64,000 bases of DNA from Alphaproteobacteria bacterium (GTDB taxonomy: Bacteria; Pseudomonadota; Alphaproteobacteria; RF32; CAG-239): the NCBI GenBank assembly GCA_900769705.1, contig CAAGHP010000020.1:7600-71599 (forward strand). Direction: 5' to 3'. Shown in pieces: positions 47,942 to 57,483 of the stretch. Under the pieces are notes generated by a model. That model was not told the origin of the DNA, made no database searches, and saw only the letters and a program-made list of their open reading frames with translations. The position numbers were made by a program, and so were the translations under genes. Positions within the stretch are counted from its first letter, which is position 1. The number at the start of each line of letters is the position of its first letter.

Positions 47942-48931
47942 TTATTGCTCCGGCACTTTTACTTTTGAATTTTCCATAAAATCACCGGCTTTGATATCAT
48001 ATAAAGCCTGCGCTTGCTCCGGCTCCAAATTAAACACTCTGTCCGCAAAATATTTTTGATTTTCGGCCACAAAAGGAATAACATCTTTTCTGGCTATTCT
48101 ATCGTTTTTCAGCTGCACGGAAAGCCAATAGTCATCTTCTCCGATATTATAAACTTTCAGTTCATATATCAAACCGATATTAGTCGCAACTTCGATTGTT
48201 TTGGCTTCAATATCCGGAAAATCTTCGGCAAAATCCTTAGCAAAAGCTATTCCCTCGTAACCTAAGTAGGCCAGCGATACCAATACTTTTTGCAATTCTT
48301 TTGACTTTGGTAGATATTCTTCCAAAACCGGCAAAGTCAAAACCACATCATCAAGCTTTATTTTTTCTATGGCATTAACTGGGATTTCCAGCAGCGGAAA
48401 CGGCATCCAAGCTCCAGCCTCTCCTGAAAAAGCTCCGATAGAGCTGACCGTATAAATATATGGATATCCACTGCGTTTTGCAAAATAACTATCTCCGTCC
48501 GGCAGTTTATTTCCAAGCACTACACTGTCAAGCAATTTGCCGCCGCTGTCAAAAGTTTCAACCAACACACCGCGGCTGTCGTCTAAACCGGCTGCGGTGA
48601 TTTCGGCACTTGATGCTTCGATTGCAGATGTAATTACCGAGTTATTTACCATTTTAAAAAAGGCTGTCAGCTGTTCGGTATTCACAAAATAATCAGCCGC
48701 TTCTTTAAAATACCAACCGCTGTCTTTTTCATAAATATTTATTTCGCCGTCAAGCGGAGATTTTATTTTTATCTTTTGCAAACGCGCCACATTTTTCTTT
48801 GTCTGCACAAAAGTATCCTGACCGCGGACGTTCAATCCGGCGCGTCTGACCGCATACCAGCCGGAAAAAGCAGCAATCGCAGCCAAAAACATTGCCACAC
48901 CAAAACCTAATATTAAATATTTTTTAGACAT
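47942..48931 (-). CDS. Membrane-anchored protein, probably DUF4340 family
   Basis: N-terminal TM helix, 329 aa, 8-nt overlap with the upstream GldG-like gene. DUF4340 proteins typically follow gldG-type genes. The call rests on context and layout only. Confidence 0.5.
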   Translation of the reverse strand: MSKKYLILGFGVAMFLAAIAAFSGWYAVRRAGLNVRGQDTFVQTKKNVARLQKIKIKSPLDGEINIYEKDSGWYFKEAADYFVNTEQLTAFFKMVNNSVITSAIEASSAEITAAGLDDSRGVLVETFDSGGKLLDSVVLGNKLPDGDSYFAKRSGYPYIYTVSSIGAFSGEAGAWMPFPLLEIPVNAIEKIKLDDVVLTLPVLEEYLPKSKELQKVLVSLAYLGYEGIAFAKDFAEDFPDIEAKTIEVATNIGLIYELKVYNIGEDDYWLSVQLKNDRIARKDVIPFVAENQKYFADRVFNLEPEQAQALYDIKAGDFMENSKVKVPEQ

Positions 48932-51242
48932 GGTTTTTCTCCTTTAGACGTTTTATCAAAAAGTTTCTGAGCCGAGCGGATAAAATCCACAGCAAAACAA
49001 CCATTATAAATGGAATAAGCACAACCTGGATTGCAATCATTTCTGCGATTGTCACACTGTATTTCTGCTTAATCGTATATTCTATATTTTGCAGTTTCTG
49101 TTCATTTTCCGCAAGTTCGCGGCCGGCAGCGCCGATTTGCCGCAAACGCTCGTAGGCTTCTAAATCTTCGCCGCTGTTTTCAAACAGCAACAGTTTTTGC
49201 TCGGCGATTTTGTTTTGCAATACTTTGTATTCAACCTCACGGCGGCTGAATAGGTTTTTATGCAAACGCTGGCTGATATTATCAAGATTTTGTAAAATAT
49301 CATTTACCGGCATTTTTTCATATATATCATTTCCGGCAAGATAATCTATCAAAGCCTTAAACGCCCTGCCGTTGCCTGATTTTTCTACAACGCTGTAAGG
49401 ATTTCTGTCCGGAGAATTTTCAGCCGCCCAGTATTCGGCTTCCAAGAAATCAACATCGCCGACCACAGCCACTTTTCCGGCAACTGCTGATTGCTTTAAA
49501 AACGGTTTCATCGATTTAACGAGTTCAGTCTGTTCAAACGGATTATTACTGTAAAGAGAAGTAAAAGCTCCTTCCATAACAGCCCCGACCAGACCGTTAT
49601 CGCCGTAAATAAACGGTTTTACCTCCACAGCCGGATTGTCTATTTTAAACTGTGCGGCTTTATTAAGCCGCAATCCCAGCGGATTATAGCCAAACACAGC
49701 GTCTATTTTTCCTTCGTCCGTAAATTGTGTCTGCAAATCCACTCTCCAATTCTCTAAAAAGTCTGCAGCCTGAATATCTTCGCCATTGGTTATATCTGAC
49801 TGGCTTGCCGTATAAAAATCAAAAAACAGCGCCATTTTCCCGCCGCGTAGCACAAATTGATCCAAGCCATAGCGTAAAGCTGGAGAAATACTTTTAGGGT
49901 TAATCAAAACCAAAGTATCTACTTTTGATGAAAAATCATACATTGACGGTGATATATTAAAAACATTATAATCATTTTCGATTCCGAGCAAAACTTCCTG
50001 CAGACCGTCTAAATTTTGCATACCGTCAATATAAACACCTATGGTTTTTCTTCTTTCAGGTTGCAGCAGTTTTATGATGGCGTTGTCAACATCTCTTTCC
50101 AACAACGGCTGACGCTGCAACAGAAATTGTTTTATCACCGTTTCGCGTCCGTCAGCAATACTGAGCACCGCTCCCAGATAATCACGGCTGCCGGCGGCAT
50201 TGGTTTCAAAATACAAATCCTTTGCCAAAACATTTTCTTCCAATTCCGAAAACGGCTCAACGTATGTTACATGCACCTGCACCATACCTTTGGAAATTTT
50301 CTGGTAGCGCCGCAAAAAACGCTGCACTTGCTGCAAATAATGGAAATAATCGGCATTGTGGTTGATATAATCTTTAGCTGCATAAACATCTATCACAACT
50401 TTTTGCGAAACATCGTTCAGCAGCTGTTCCGTTACCGGTTTCGGCGTATAAATTTTGTTCAAAGTCAAATCGGCTTTTGTGTCAAAAAAATTATAAGCCG
50501 CCAAATTCAGAAAAACGCCGCAAATCATCATCAGTACGGAAAAAGCGCTGATTCTCAGCCATTTGTATTTTTGTACGCTGTTTTGAAAACGCAGTACAAC
50601 CGCATTTAACAACAAAAATATTCCGGCAAATGAAACAAAATATAAAATATCCGGCAAACCGATTTCGGCAAACAAAAAGTTATTGTATATCATATACAAA
50701 TAAAAGCACGGCAGCGCCGTCCATACTGCCAAAAAGAAAAAGCTCATCAGATAGGCTAAAATCAAATTTTTCGATATCAGAGAAATCAAGCATCCAGAAG
50801 CGCAGTAAAACAACAGCAGCAGCCATAATCCGGCATAGCTTGAAAAAATATTCCACCAATCCAGCTGCAACCAGCCGGCCGAAAAAATAATAAACGGTAT
50901 AAACAGTAAACTTGCTGCAAAATAAAACAGCCAAACCGCACAAAATTTAGCAAGAACCAAAGTTGAAGTCGAAATTGGCTGCGTCAGCAAAAATTCAATA
51001 GTTCCGGTACGATACTCTTCAGCCCAGCTCCGCATTGTCAAAACCGGCACCAAAACTGTCAAAATAACCGGCTGAGCATAAAAAAGCGCATACAGTGCCG
51101 TATCATGCATAGCCAGATATTCGCCAAAATAAAAAGCAGAACCTATTGAAACAAACAAATACACAAAAAGAACAAAATATGCTGACATATTCTGAAAATA
51201 ACTGCAAAATTCCTTAATCCACAATGTCATAAACTGCTGCAT
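48924..51242 (-). CDS. Fusion protein: ABC-2 family permease (GldF-like) plus GldG-like ABC-transporter auxiliary domain
   Basis: The N-terminal ~240 aa has 6 TM helices with RSWAEEYRTGTIEFLLTQPIS. The GldG-like part follows (KADLTLNKIYTPKPVTEQLL..VVIDVY), ending in a coiled-coil and a C-terminal TM helix. Confidence 0.75.
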   Translation of the reverse strand: MQQFMTLWIKEFCSYFQNMSAYFVLFVYLFVSIGSAFYFGEYLAMHDTALYALFYAQPVILTVLVPVLTMRSWAEEYRTGTIEFLLTQPISTSTLVLAKFCAVWLFYFAASLLFIPFIIFSAGWLQLDWWNIFSSYAGLWLLLLFYCASGCLISLISKNLILAYLMSFFFLAVWTALPCFYLYMIYNNFLFAEIGLPDILYFVSFAGIFLLLNAVVLRFQNSVQKYKWLRISAFSVLMMICGVFLNLAAYNFFDTKADLTLNKIYTPKPVTEQLLNDVSQKVVIDVYAAKDYINHNADYFHYLQQVQRFLRRYQKISKGMVQVHVTYVEPFSELEENVLAKDLYFETNAAGSRDYLGAVLSIADGRETVIKQFLLQRQPLLERDVDNAIIKLLQPERRKTIGVYIDGMQNLDGLQEVLLGIENDYNVFNISPSMYDFSSKVDTLVLINPKSISPALRYGLDQFVLRGGKMALFFDFYTASQSDITNGEDIQAADFLENWRVDLQTQFTDEGKIDAVFGYNPLGLRLNKAAQFKIDNPAVEVKPFIYGDNGLVGAVMEGAFTSLYSNNPFEQTELVKSMKPFLKQSAVAGKVAVVGDVDFLEAEYWAAENSPDRNPYSVVEKSGNGRAFKALIDYLAGNDIYEKMPVNDILQNLDNISQRLHKNLFSRREVEYKVLQNKIAEQKLLLFENSGEDLEAYERLRQIGAAGRELAENEQKLQNIEYTIKQKYSVTIAEMIAIQVVLIPFIMVVLLWILSARLRNFLIKRLKEKNHV

Positions 51243-51243
51243 T

Positions 51244-51954
51244 TTATTCTCCTGTTATTTTTTTGAATGAAGCCAACAAACCTTCCGCTGCCGTTTTTCT
51301 AAACTTTTCTAATGACGCATCGGCCCGCAGTTTGCCTTTGTGCAAAAGCAAAACCCGCGCCGCCCAAACATCCACATCTTCAAGAGCATGCGTCGATATA
51401 AGCACCATATTTTTTTGAGCATAATCCCTGATAATCTTGCGAATACTGTCTTTTTGAATCGGATCAAGTCCTTCTGTCGGCTCATCAAGTAATAATATTT
51501 TCGGCTGAGCCAGTAATGCCGCCGCTAATTCTACTCTTTTTTTAAAACCTTTGGAAAGCGTACCTAAACGCTGCAAAATTACTTTTTCCAACTCCAATAA
51601 ATTTACGGTTTTCTGCAGATTCTCCGCAATTTCATTCTGCGGCATTTTTTTTAATTTTGCCGTAAAATTCAAAAACTCTATGGTTGTCATATCACTGTAT
51701 AAGGCAGAAATTTCCGGTACATAGCCCAAATTCTGCAAATATTCCGTTCTATATTCCGGCAACAAACCGTAATCAGTCAAAATTTCTCCGCTGTCCGGCT
51801 CCAGATAACCGGCAATCAGTTTAAGCAGCGTAGACTTTCCGGCTCCGTTTTCGCCGAGCAGCGCCACAATTTCATTTTTAGAAAACTTTATGTTGACATT
51901 GTCTACAGCTTTAATTTTTCCGAAACTTTTACAAATATTTTTTATCTCCAGCAT
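51244..51954 (-). CDS. ABC transporter ATP-binding protein
   Basis: Walker A GENGAGKST, signature LSKGFKKR, Walker B LLLDEPTEGLD. Confidence 0.93.
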   Translation of the reverse strand: MLEIKNICKSFGKIKAVDNVNIKFSKNEIVALLGENGAGKSTLLKLIAGYLEPDSGEILTDYGLLPEYRTEYLQNLGYVPEISALYSDMTTIEFLNFTAKLKKMPQNEIAENLQKTVNLLELEKVILQRLGTLSKGFKKRVELAAALLAQPKILLLDEPTEGLDPIQKDSIRKIIRDYAQKNMVLISTHALEDVDVWAARVLLLHKGKLRADASLEKFRKTAAEGLLASFKKITGE

Positions 51955-52108
51955 AGAGAAACCCCATAAATTATAAAAAAGATAGGTTATTTTAACAGTA
52001 ATTTTTTAAACTTTAATAAATATTTTCGACTTTTAAATAAAAACTTTAATGACAAATAATTTTTATTGGAGTAATAATATTCAAAAACAGCTGAAACGGA
52101 GATAGGTT

Positions 52109-52633
52109 TTGGATACTTTCAACAAAGAAGAACTTAAAAATTTTATAATCGGTTTATGCATTATCTGCATATTCGCTTTGGCTACCGTATTGTTCAAATT
52201 GCAGCACAATGTTTGGAAAGGCGTTGAAGACACCGACTATCAAATTTTTGCCACTTTCAACCGTACGGACGGACTGGTTGTCGGCAACAAAGTCCGAATG
52301 TCCGGCATTGATATCGGCCGTGTGGTAAATTCGGTTTTGGATAATGATTTCAGAGCTACCTTAACTTTGCAGATAAAAGCTCAGGTGCAAATTCCCGATG
52401 ACAGCAGCGCCGCTATTGTCAGCTCTGGAATTATGGGTAATAAATACATTGAAATCGAACCAGGCGGTTCTGAGGACTATATTGAGCCAAACGGCGAATT
52501 TTCATACACGCAGGATGCTATGATTTTGGATGAGCTCATTAACAGAGTCATATCCTTGGGCAAAGCCAAGCGCAAAAAAACTTGTCCGGAACCAAAAGAA
52601 ACAACTGCACAAATAACCAAAGATATGGAGTAA
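52109..52633 (+). CDS. mlaD: MlaD/MCE-domain protein 1
   Basis: TTG start with GGAG 7 nt upstream; N-terminal TM helix plus an MCE domain (GLVVGNKVRMSGIDIGRV...GIMGNKYIEIEPG). Confidence 0.8.
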   Translation: MDTFNKEELKNFIIGLCIICIFALATVLFKLQHNVWKGVEDTDYQIFATFNRTDGLVVGNKVRMSGIDIGRVVNSVLDNDFRATLTLQIKAQVQIPDDSSAAIVSSGIMGNKYIEIEPGGSEDYIEPNGEFSYTQDAMILDELINRVISLGKAKRKKTCPEPKETTAQITKDME

Positions 52634-52637
52634 TATA

Positions 52638-53105
52638 ATGAGAAAAAAACCTGTTGAAACAATTATGGGATTGGTGGTATTGGTCGTTGCCGTTCTGTTT
52701 TTGGCATTTGCTTACCGTGTTTCCGATTTGCAGGTAGTCAAAGGATATCCGCTGAAAGCCGAATTTATGAAAGTCGGGGGTTTAAGCATCGGTTCCGATG
52801 TCCGCATCAATGGTATCAAAGTCGGCACTGTCACCTCGCAGAAGCTTAATAATGAAGATTATATGGCTGACGTAACTTTCAGTATTTCTTCTGATATAAA
52901 ATTGCCAAAAGACAGCACTGTTTCAATCGTTAGTGATGGTTTAGTCGGTGATAAATTCGTAAAAATCGAACCAGGAAAATCTTTGGAATATTTGAAAGCC
53001 GGAGATTCTTTTGCAAACACCAAAGATTTTAAAACCATTGAAGATATGGTTGGAGAAATAATCTTTATGGTAACAGATGACGGAAGCAAAAATGAAGCTG
53101 AATAA
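52638..53105 (+). CDS. mlaD: MlaD/MCE-domain protein 2
   Basis: N-terminal TM helix plus an MCE domain (GLSIGSDVRINGIKVGTV...GLVGDKFVKIEPG). Confidence 0.8.
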   Translation: MRKKPVETIMGLVVLVVAVLFLAFAYRVSDLQVVKGYPLKAEFMKVGGLSIGSDVRINGIKVGTVTSQKLNNEDYMADVTFSISSDIKLPKDSTVSIVSDGLVGDKFVKIEPGKSLEYLKAGDSFANTKDFKTIEDMVGEIIFMVTDDGSKNEAE

Positions 53106-53805
53106 ATTTATTTTAAACACGGCTGTTATACTTGGCGGTTTTGCCGCCAACGCAGCGGAAATAGATATGAACACGGCCAAAATGCAGGCTATGGATAAAA
53201 TTACCGGTCATGTAAATGTTATCAATGTTCCGGTAAACGGTGCTGTCAATTTCGGTTCGCTGTCAATTGTGGTGCGCAGCTGCAAGACACGTCCGGCCGA
53301 GGAAACTCCTGAAAATTTTGCCTTTGTTGATATTACCGATAAAAATCAAAATAATGAATTAACCAATATTTTTAAAGGTTGGATGCTTTCATCTTCTCCG
53401 GCCACAAATGCTTTGGAACACCCGATTTACGATGTCTGGCTGCTGCAATGCCTGAACACCAAACTTGACAATTCCGCTCTTTTATCCGAACAGCAATTGG
53501 CCGAGCGCGATAATCTGCCGATGTCTCCGCGGCAAACTATATCTGCCGCAACCGCTTCTGCAAAACTGAAAACAGAAGAAAAGCCTGCTGAACAAACTCA
53601 GGATTCTGCTAAAAAGCCGATGACGGAAATGGAATATCTGCCCGATGAAACCGAAGACGGTTATCCGGAAACCCTTGTAGAACCTGCAGAAAGCGAAAAT
53701 ACCGAATTTTCCTTTGATGAGGAAGACGATTCAGCTGAAATTCAAAATGAATTAAACAAAATCAAAACAGATTTGGAAAATAAAGAAATTAAAGCTGAAG
53801 AATAA
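53092..53805 (+). CDS. DUF2155-like secreted protein with an acidic C-terminal extension
   Basis: I prefer the start at MKLNKFILNTAVILGGFAANA (signal peptide). LDKITGHVNVINVPVNG.VNFGSLSIVVRSCKTRPAEETPENFAFVDI resembles DUF2155, which I recall as alphaproteobacterial and Mla-associated (not verified). Confidence 0.6.
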   Translation: MKLNKFILNTAVILGGFAANAAEIDMNTAKMQAMDKITGHVNVINVPVNGAVNFGSLSIVVRSCKTRPAEETPENFAFVDITDKNQNNELTNIFKGWMLSSSPATNALEHPIYDVWLLQCLNTKLDNSALLSEQQLAERDNLPMSPRQTISAATASAKLKTEEKPAEQTQDSAKKPMTEMEYLPDETEDGYPETLVEPAESENTEFSFDEEDDSAEIQNELNKIKTDLENKEIKAEE

Positions 53806-54325
53806 TAAGCAAAACAGCTAAACCAATATACAGCAGCACGCCGCTTATATAGCAAAAACCCTGTCTGAAATCGGCGCGCGACGGCATGGCATTTTCGATT
53901 ATTACCGTCAGCAGAAACACATAAACAATGTATGTGATAAAGTTTAGTTTAACCAATTCAAAAAAATGCTTATCCAGCAAATAGGCTAAACCCAGCAGCG
54001 ACAGCGGCGCCATGGCCGTCGGCAAAGAATTATAAAACCTTAAATTAGAAAAACTTACATGTCCGGTCACATAATAGCCATTTTTCTTTTGCGGAAACAA
54101 AGAAAATTCAACCGGCTTTGCATTAAGCAGCAGTCCTACAATAAAATGTGCAAATTCGTGCAAAATCGTTCCGGTCAGATTTATAAATGTTGTCATCCAA
54201 ATACTGCTGTAAGCCGAATGTTTAAGCGACGTCAGTACGATAACAAACAAAATCAGGAAAAAACGGTTAGAAACAAACTGCGACAACACTTCCGGAGAGT
54301 TTAGATATGCCTGTAAATTTTCCAT
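53789..54325 (-). CDS. Integral membrane protein with an HExxH motif (putative membrane zincin, DUF3267-like)
   Basis: 178 aa, multiple TM helices, ILHEFAHFIVGLLL. It lies 7 nt downstream of the TetR gene. Confidence 0.5.
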   Translation of the reverse strand: MENLQAYLNSPEVLSQFVSNRFFLILFVIVLTSLKHSAYSSIWMTTFINLTGTILHEFAHFIVGLLLNAKPVEFSLFPQKKNGYYVTGHVSFSNLRFYNSLPTAMAPLSLLGLAYLLDKHFFELVKLNFITYIVYVFLLTVIIENAMPSRADFRQGFCYISGVLLYIGLAVLLIILQL

Positions 54326-54332
54326 ATTAAAA

Positions 54333-54926
54333 TTATTTCTTTTCTAAAACTGTCAAACCAGCAACATACGTGTTAAACATCAATTGACAAATTGTTTCTT
54401 TGTTTACTTTGGTAAAGGAATCTAAGATATCTTTAGTCAAAAAAGAACTCAAAGCAAACAAGGTCAGCCACAAAACCTGCGAAGACAAAATCCTTTCCGG
54501 CCGTTCCATATTCGGCACCAGCTGAATCAGTAATTTATTAATAAGTCCGGTAATTTTAACTACTTTACGCAGATAAAAATATGAGAATGTGCGGTTATTA
54601 TTGCGTAAATGAAAGCTGTGCAGCATAAACCACAGATTTTTGTTTTCCATAACAAAATCCACAAATTCATGCAAAAATGCATTCATATCGGCAAAAGAAT
54701 CGCCGGTTTTAGTCACTTTTGCCAAACGCTCTGCCAAAGCATCAAGCGTCATATAATTTTGAATGACAATAAAATTATCCATATTGGAAAACTGGTTATA
54801 AATAGCCCCAACAGAACAGCTGGAAGCTTCAGACAATTTGCGCACAGTCAAAGCATCTGTGCCTTTTTCCTGCACAATTTTCCGTCCTGTTTCCAATAAC
54901 AGATTTTGTATATTGTCTTTTTCCAT
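54333..54926 (-). CDS. TetR/AcrR family transcriptional regulator
   Basis: N-terminal HTH GTDALTVRKLSEASSCSVGAIYNQF; 197 aa. Confidence 0.85.
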   Translation of the reverse strand: MEKDNIQNLLLETGRKIVQEKGTDALTVRKLSEASSCSVGAIYNQFSNMDNFIVIQNYMTLDALAERLAKVTKTGDSFADMNAFLHEFVDFVMENKNLWFMLHSFHLRNNNRTFSYFYLRKVVKITGLINKLLIQLVPNMERPERILSSQVLWLTLFALSSFLTKDILDSFTKVNKETICQLMFNTYVAGLTVLEKK

Positions 54927-55037
54927 TTCAGTAATAAATTTTACCCATGTTTAACAAATTATTTGCATTTATGACGTTAGAATAACGCAAACCTGAATAG
55001 TATTCAATTTTTTTTTACGGTTATCAAAGGGATAATT

Positions 55038-56099
55038 ATGAAAAACATTCTGATATATAGTCTTTTGACCTATTTTATTGCTAATGCTCCGGCAAACAGC
55101 CAAATGATAGATTTGTTCAATGACGATTCGCCTCAAGAAAATACTGTCAATGTATCAGAAGAAGAAAAAGCAGAGCCCGCACCGGCCGAAAGAGCCGCGG
55201 CACCACAGCCTGAGATACAGCAGCAAAAAGAAAACACTGCCGAAAAAAACACTGACTACTTAGATGCCTATATTGATGATGTTGAAACTGAAAAAAAAGC
55301 ACAAAACACTGCAAGAGCATTGCTTAATAAAAAACCGACCATTTTGACTTTGCGTCAAAATGAAATAAAGTCGCTGAAAAAATTAAAAGAAAAAACCGAT
55401 AAAATCCAGACCAAACAAACACCCGAAGCTGTTGAAAAAAATGAGAACCAAGCAGAAACCCAAACCGAGCAAAATCCGGAGATAATTGCGCAAAAAATAA
55501 AAGCAAAGCTGCAGCCGGCACCTTTCGGATTATATTGGGCGGCGACTGCTGACGAAACTAAAAAGCTTGGTTTTGAACTGAATCCGGCTGAACGCAAAGA
55601 CTACAAAAATGTTTTCATCGTTAAAAACCCGCAGCAGAAAAATGACACTTTTCAGCAAATCACAGCCATTTTCGGAGAACAAAACAAGCTTTGGTGCATT
55701 TATGCCCAAGGCAGATTGCTGGAAGATGATGCTCAGGCAAGCAAAGCGCTGGCTTTATATCATCGCTATTATCAGGCTCTTTCGGCAAAATACGGCAATG
55801 CTCAGGAGCATTTTGAACCATATTCTTATGAAGAAGAATTTATTGAAGGCGAGGGAAATCAAAAAAAGATTTCAAAAATCACCAAACAAAATCCAATCGG
55901 CGGAGATAATTTTATCCAAGAGCTTCAAGAAGGCAAAGCTGTTTTATATGCCACTTTCCAAAATGATGAAATCGGTGTAACTTTGGGAATTTCCGTTGAC
56001 GGAAACGGAAAAAGTTATATTTCGATAGATTATAAAAACTTTGCTTTAAGGGAAAGCGAACAACAGACCGTTTTAAACAAAACCATAGAAGATTTATAA
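55038..56099 (+). CDS. Hypothetical secreted protein (low-complexity E/K/Q-rich N-terminal half)
   Basis: Signal-like N-terminus; no domain recognised. Confidence 0.55.
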   Translation: MKNILIYSLLTYFIANAPANSQMIDLFNDDSPQENTVNVSEEEKAEPAPAERAAAPQPEIQQQKENTAEKNTDYLDAYIDDVETEKKAQNTARALLNKKPTILTLRQNEIKSLKKLKEKTDKIQTKQTPEAVEKNENQAETQTEQNPEIIAQKIKAKLQPAPFGLYWAATADETKKLGFELNPAERKDYKNVFIVKNPQQKNDTFQQITAIFGEQNKLWCIYAQGRLLEDDAQASKALALYHRYYQALSAKYGNAQEHFEPYSYEEEFIEGEGNQKKISKITKQNPIGGDNFIQELQEGKAVLYATFQNDEIGVTLGISVDGNGKSYISIDYKNFALRESEQQTVLNKTIEDL

Positions 56100-56118
56100 A
56101 TTATAAGGACTATTCAGA

Positions 56119-57480
56119 ATGAAAAAAGTAAGTTTTTGCGGAATTTCCGGCAGCGGCATGAGCCCGTTGGCCCAAATTTTAAAACTTTCAGGCTATACTG
56201 TACAAGGTTCAGACCGTAATTTTGACCTAAACCGCGATATTGAAAGCAAAAAAGCCTTAGAAGCATTGGGCATAAAAATATATCCACAGGACGGCTCGGG
56301 CATAACCGAAGATTTGGATTTTGTCTGCGCCTCCACTGCAGTTGAAGACACTATTCCGGACATTAAGGCCGCTAAAGAAAAAAACATTCCCATAAAAACT
56401 CGTCCGCAGCTGCTGAGTGAAATTTTTCACAGCTATCAATACGGTATTGCTGTCGGCGGGACTTCGGGAAAAACCACAACTGCCGCCATGGTCGGCTATA
56501 TTTTGGACAAAGCCGGTAAAAAACCCTGTCTCATTAACGGAGGTTTGCTGCACAATTACGAAAACCGTCCGGGAATTCCAAATATAATTTATAACCAAGG
56601 CGATATCTGCGTGGTTGAAGCAGATGAAAGCAACGGCAGCATTGATTTGTACAATCCGTACATTTCGGTTATTAACAATATTTCGCATGACCATAAAAGT
56701 ATTGCCGAATTGCAGCAGCTGTTTCAAAATTTGGGCAACCGCACCAAACACGCAGTTGTGATCAATGATGACTATGAAACCTGTCGCACAATTACTCATC
56801 AACATAAAATAACTTTTTCTCTGCAAAATCCGCAGGCCGATTTTTATGCTGAAAATATTCGAGCATTGCCGCACGGCACCGCTTATGATTTGGACGGAAA
56901 AACTTTTACTCTGAAACTCATCGGACGTTTCAATGTTGCCAATGCGCTGGCAGCCATTGCTGCTTGCAATGCTATGGATGTAGATAAATATGCAGCTGCT
57001 GAAATTTTAGAGGATTTCAGCGGAACCAAACGCCGTTTAGATGTTATCGGGCAAAAAAACGGCATCACGGTTATTGATGATTTTGCCCATAATCCGGATA
57101 AAATAACGGCTTCGGTCAGCGCTTTGCGCCAATATTCCGGCCGCTTACTGATTATGTTTCAGCCACACGGCTTTTCGCCGATGCGTTCTATGGGCAAAGA
57201 GATTATTGAAAGCTTTATTAAAAATATGCAGCCGGAAGATATTTTGGTTATGCCGGAAATTTTCTTTGTCGGCGGTACGGTAACCAAAGATATTTCTTCG
57301 GCTGACTTAATTAACTATGCGCATAAGCTGGGCAAGCAGAATGCCTACTTTGCAGCAGACAAGCAACAGGCCGCGGAAATGCTGCTTAAAGAAGCAAAAT
57401 CCGGCGACAGAATAGTAATTATGGGCGCCCGCGATAACTCTTTAACCAATTTATGCAAACTGATTTTAGAAAGATTATAA
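56119..57480 (+). CDS. Mur ligase family protein (MurC/Mpl-like)
   Basis: FCGISGSGMSPLAQILKLSGYTVQGSD (MurC-type N-terminus), P-loop GGTSGKTTT, VVEADESNGS...SHDH. It lies outside any dcw cluster and next to an LD-carboxypeptidase gene. Confidence 0.75.
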   Translation: MKKVSFCGISGSGMSPLAQILKLSGYTVQGSDRNFDLNRDIESKKALEALGIKIYPQDGSGITEDLDFVCASTAVEDTIPDIKAAKEKNIPIKTRPQLLSEIFHSYQYGIAVGGTSGKTTTAAMVGYILDKAGKKPCLINGGLLHNYENRPGIPNIIYNQGDICVVEADESNGSIDLYNPYISVINNISHDHKSIAELQQLFQNLGNRTKHAVVINDDYETCRTITHQHKITFSLQNPQADFYAENIRALPHGTAYDLDGKTFTLKLIGRFNVANALAAIAACNAMDVDKYAAAEILEDFSGTKRRLDVIGQKNGITVIDDFAHNPDKITASVSALRQYSGRLLIMFQPHGFSPMRSMGKEIIESFIKNMQPEDILVMPEIFFVGGTVTKDISSADLINYAHKLGKQNAYFAADKQQAAEMLLKEAKSGDRIVIMGARDNSLTNLCKLILERL

Positions 57481-57483
57481 ACA

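Noticed and set aside
50016-50609. 197-aa plus-strand ORF inside the ABC-2::GldG gene; also 21701-22168 inside pntB.
   Set aside because: Shadow ORFs antisense to supported genes.
56257-56874. 205-aa minus-strand ORF inside the Mur ligase gene.
   Set aside because: A shadow ORF antisense to a gene with P-loop and Mur-ligase motifs.
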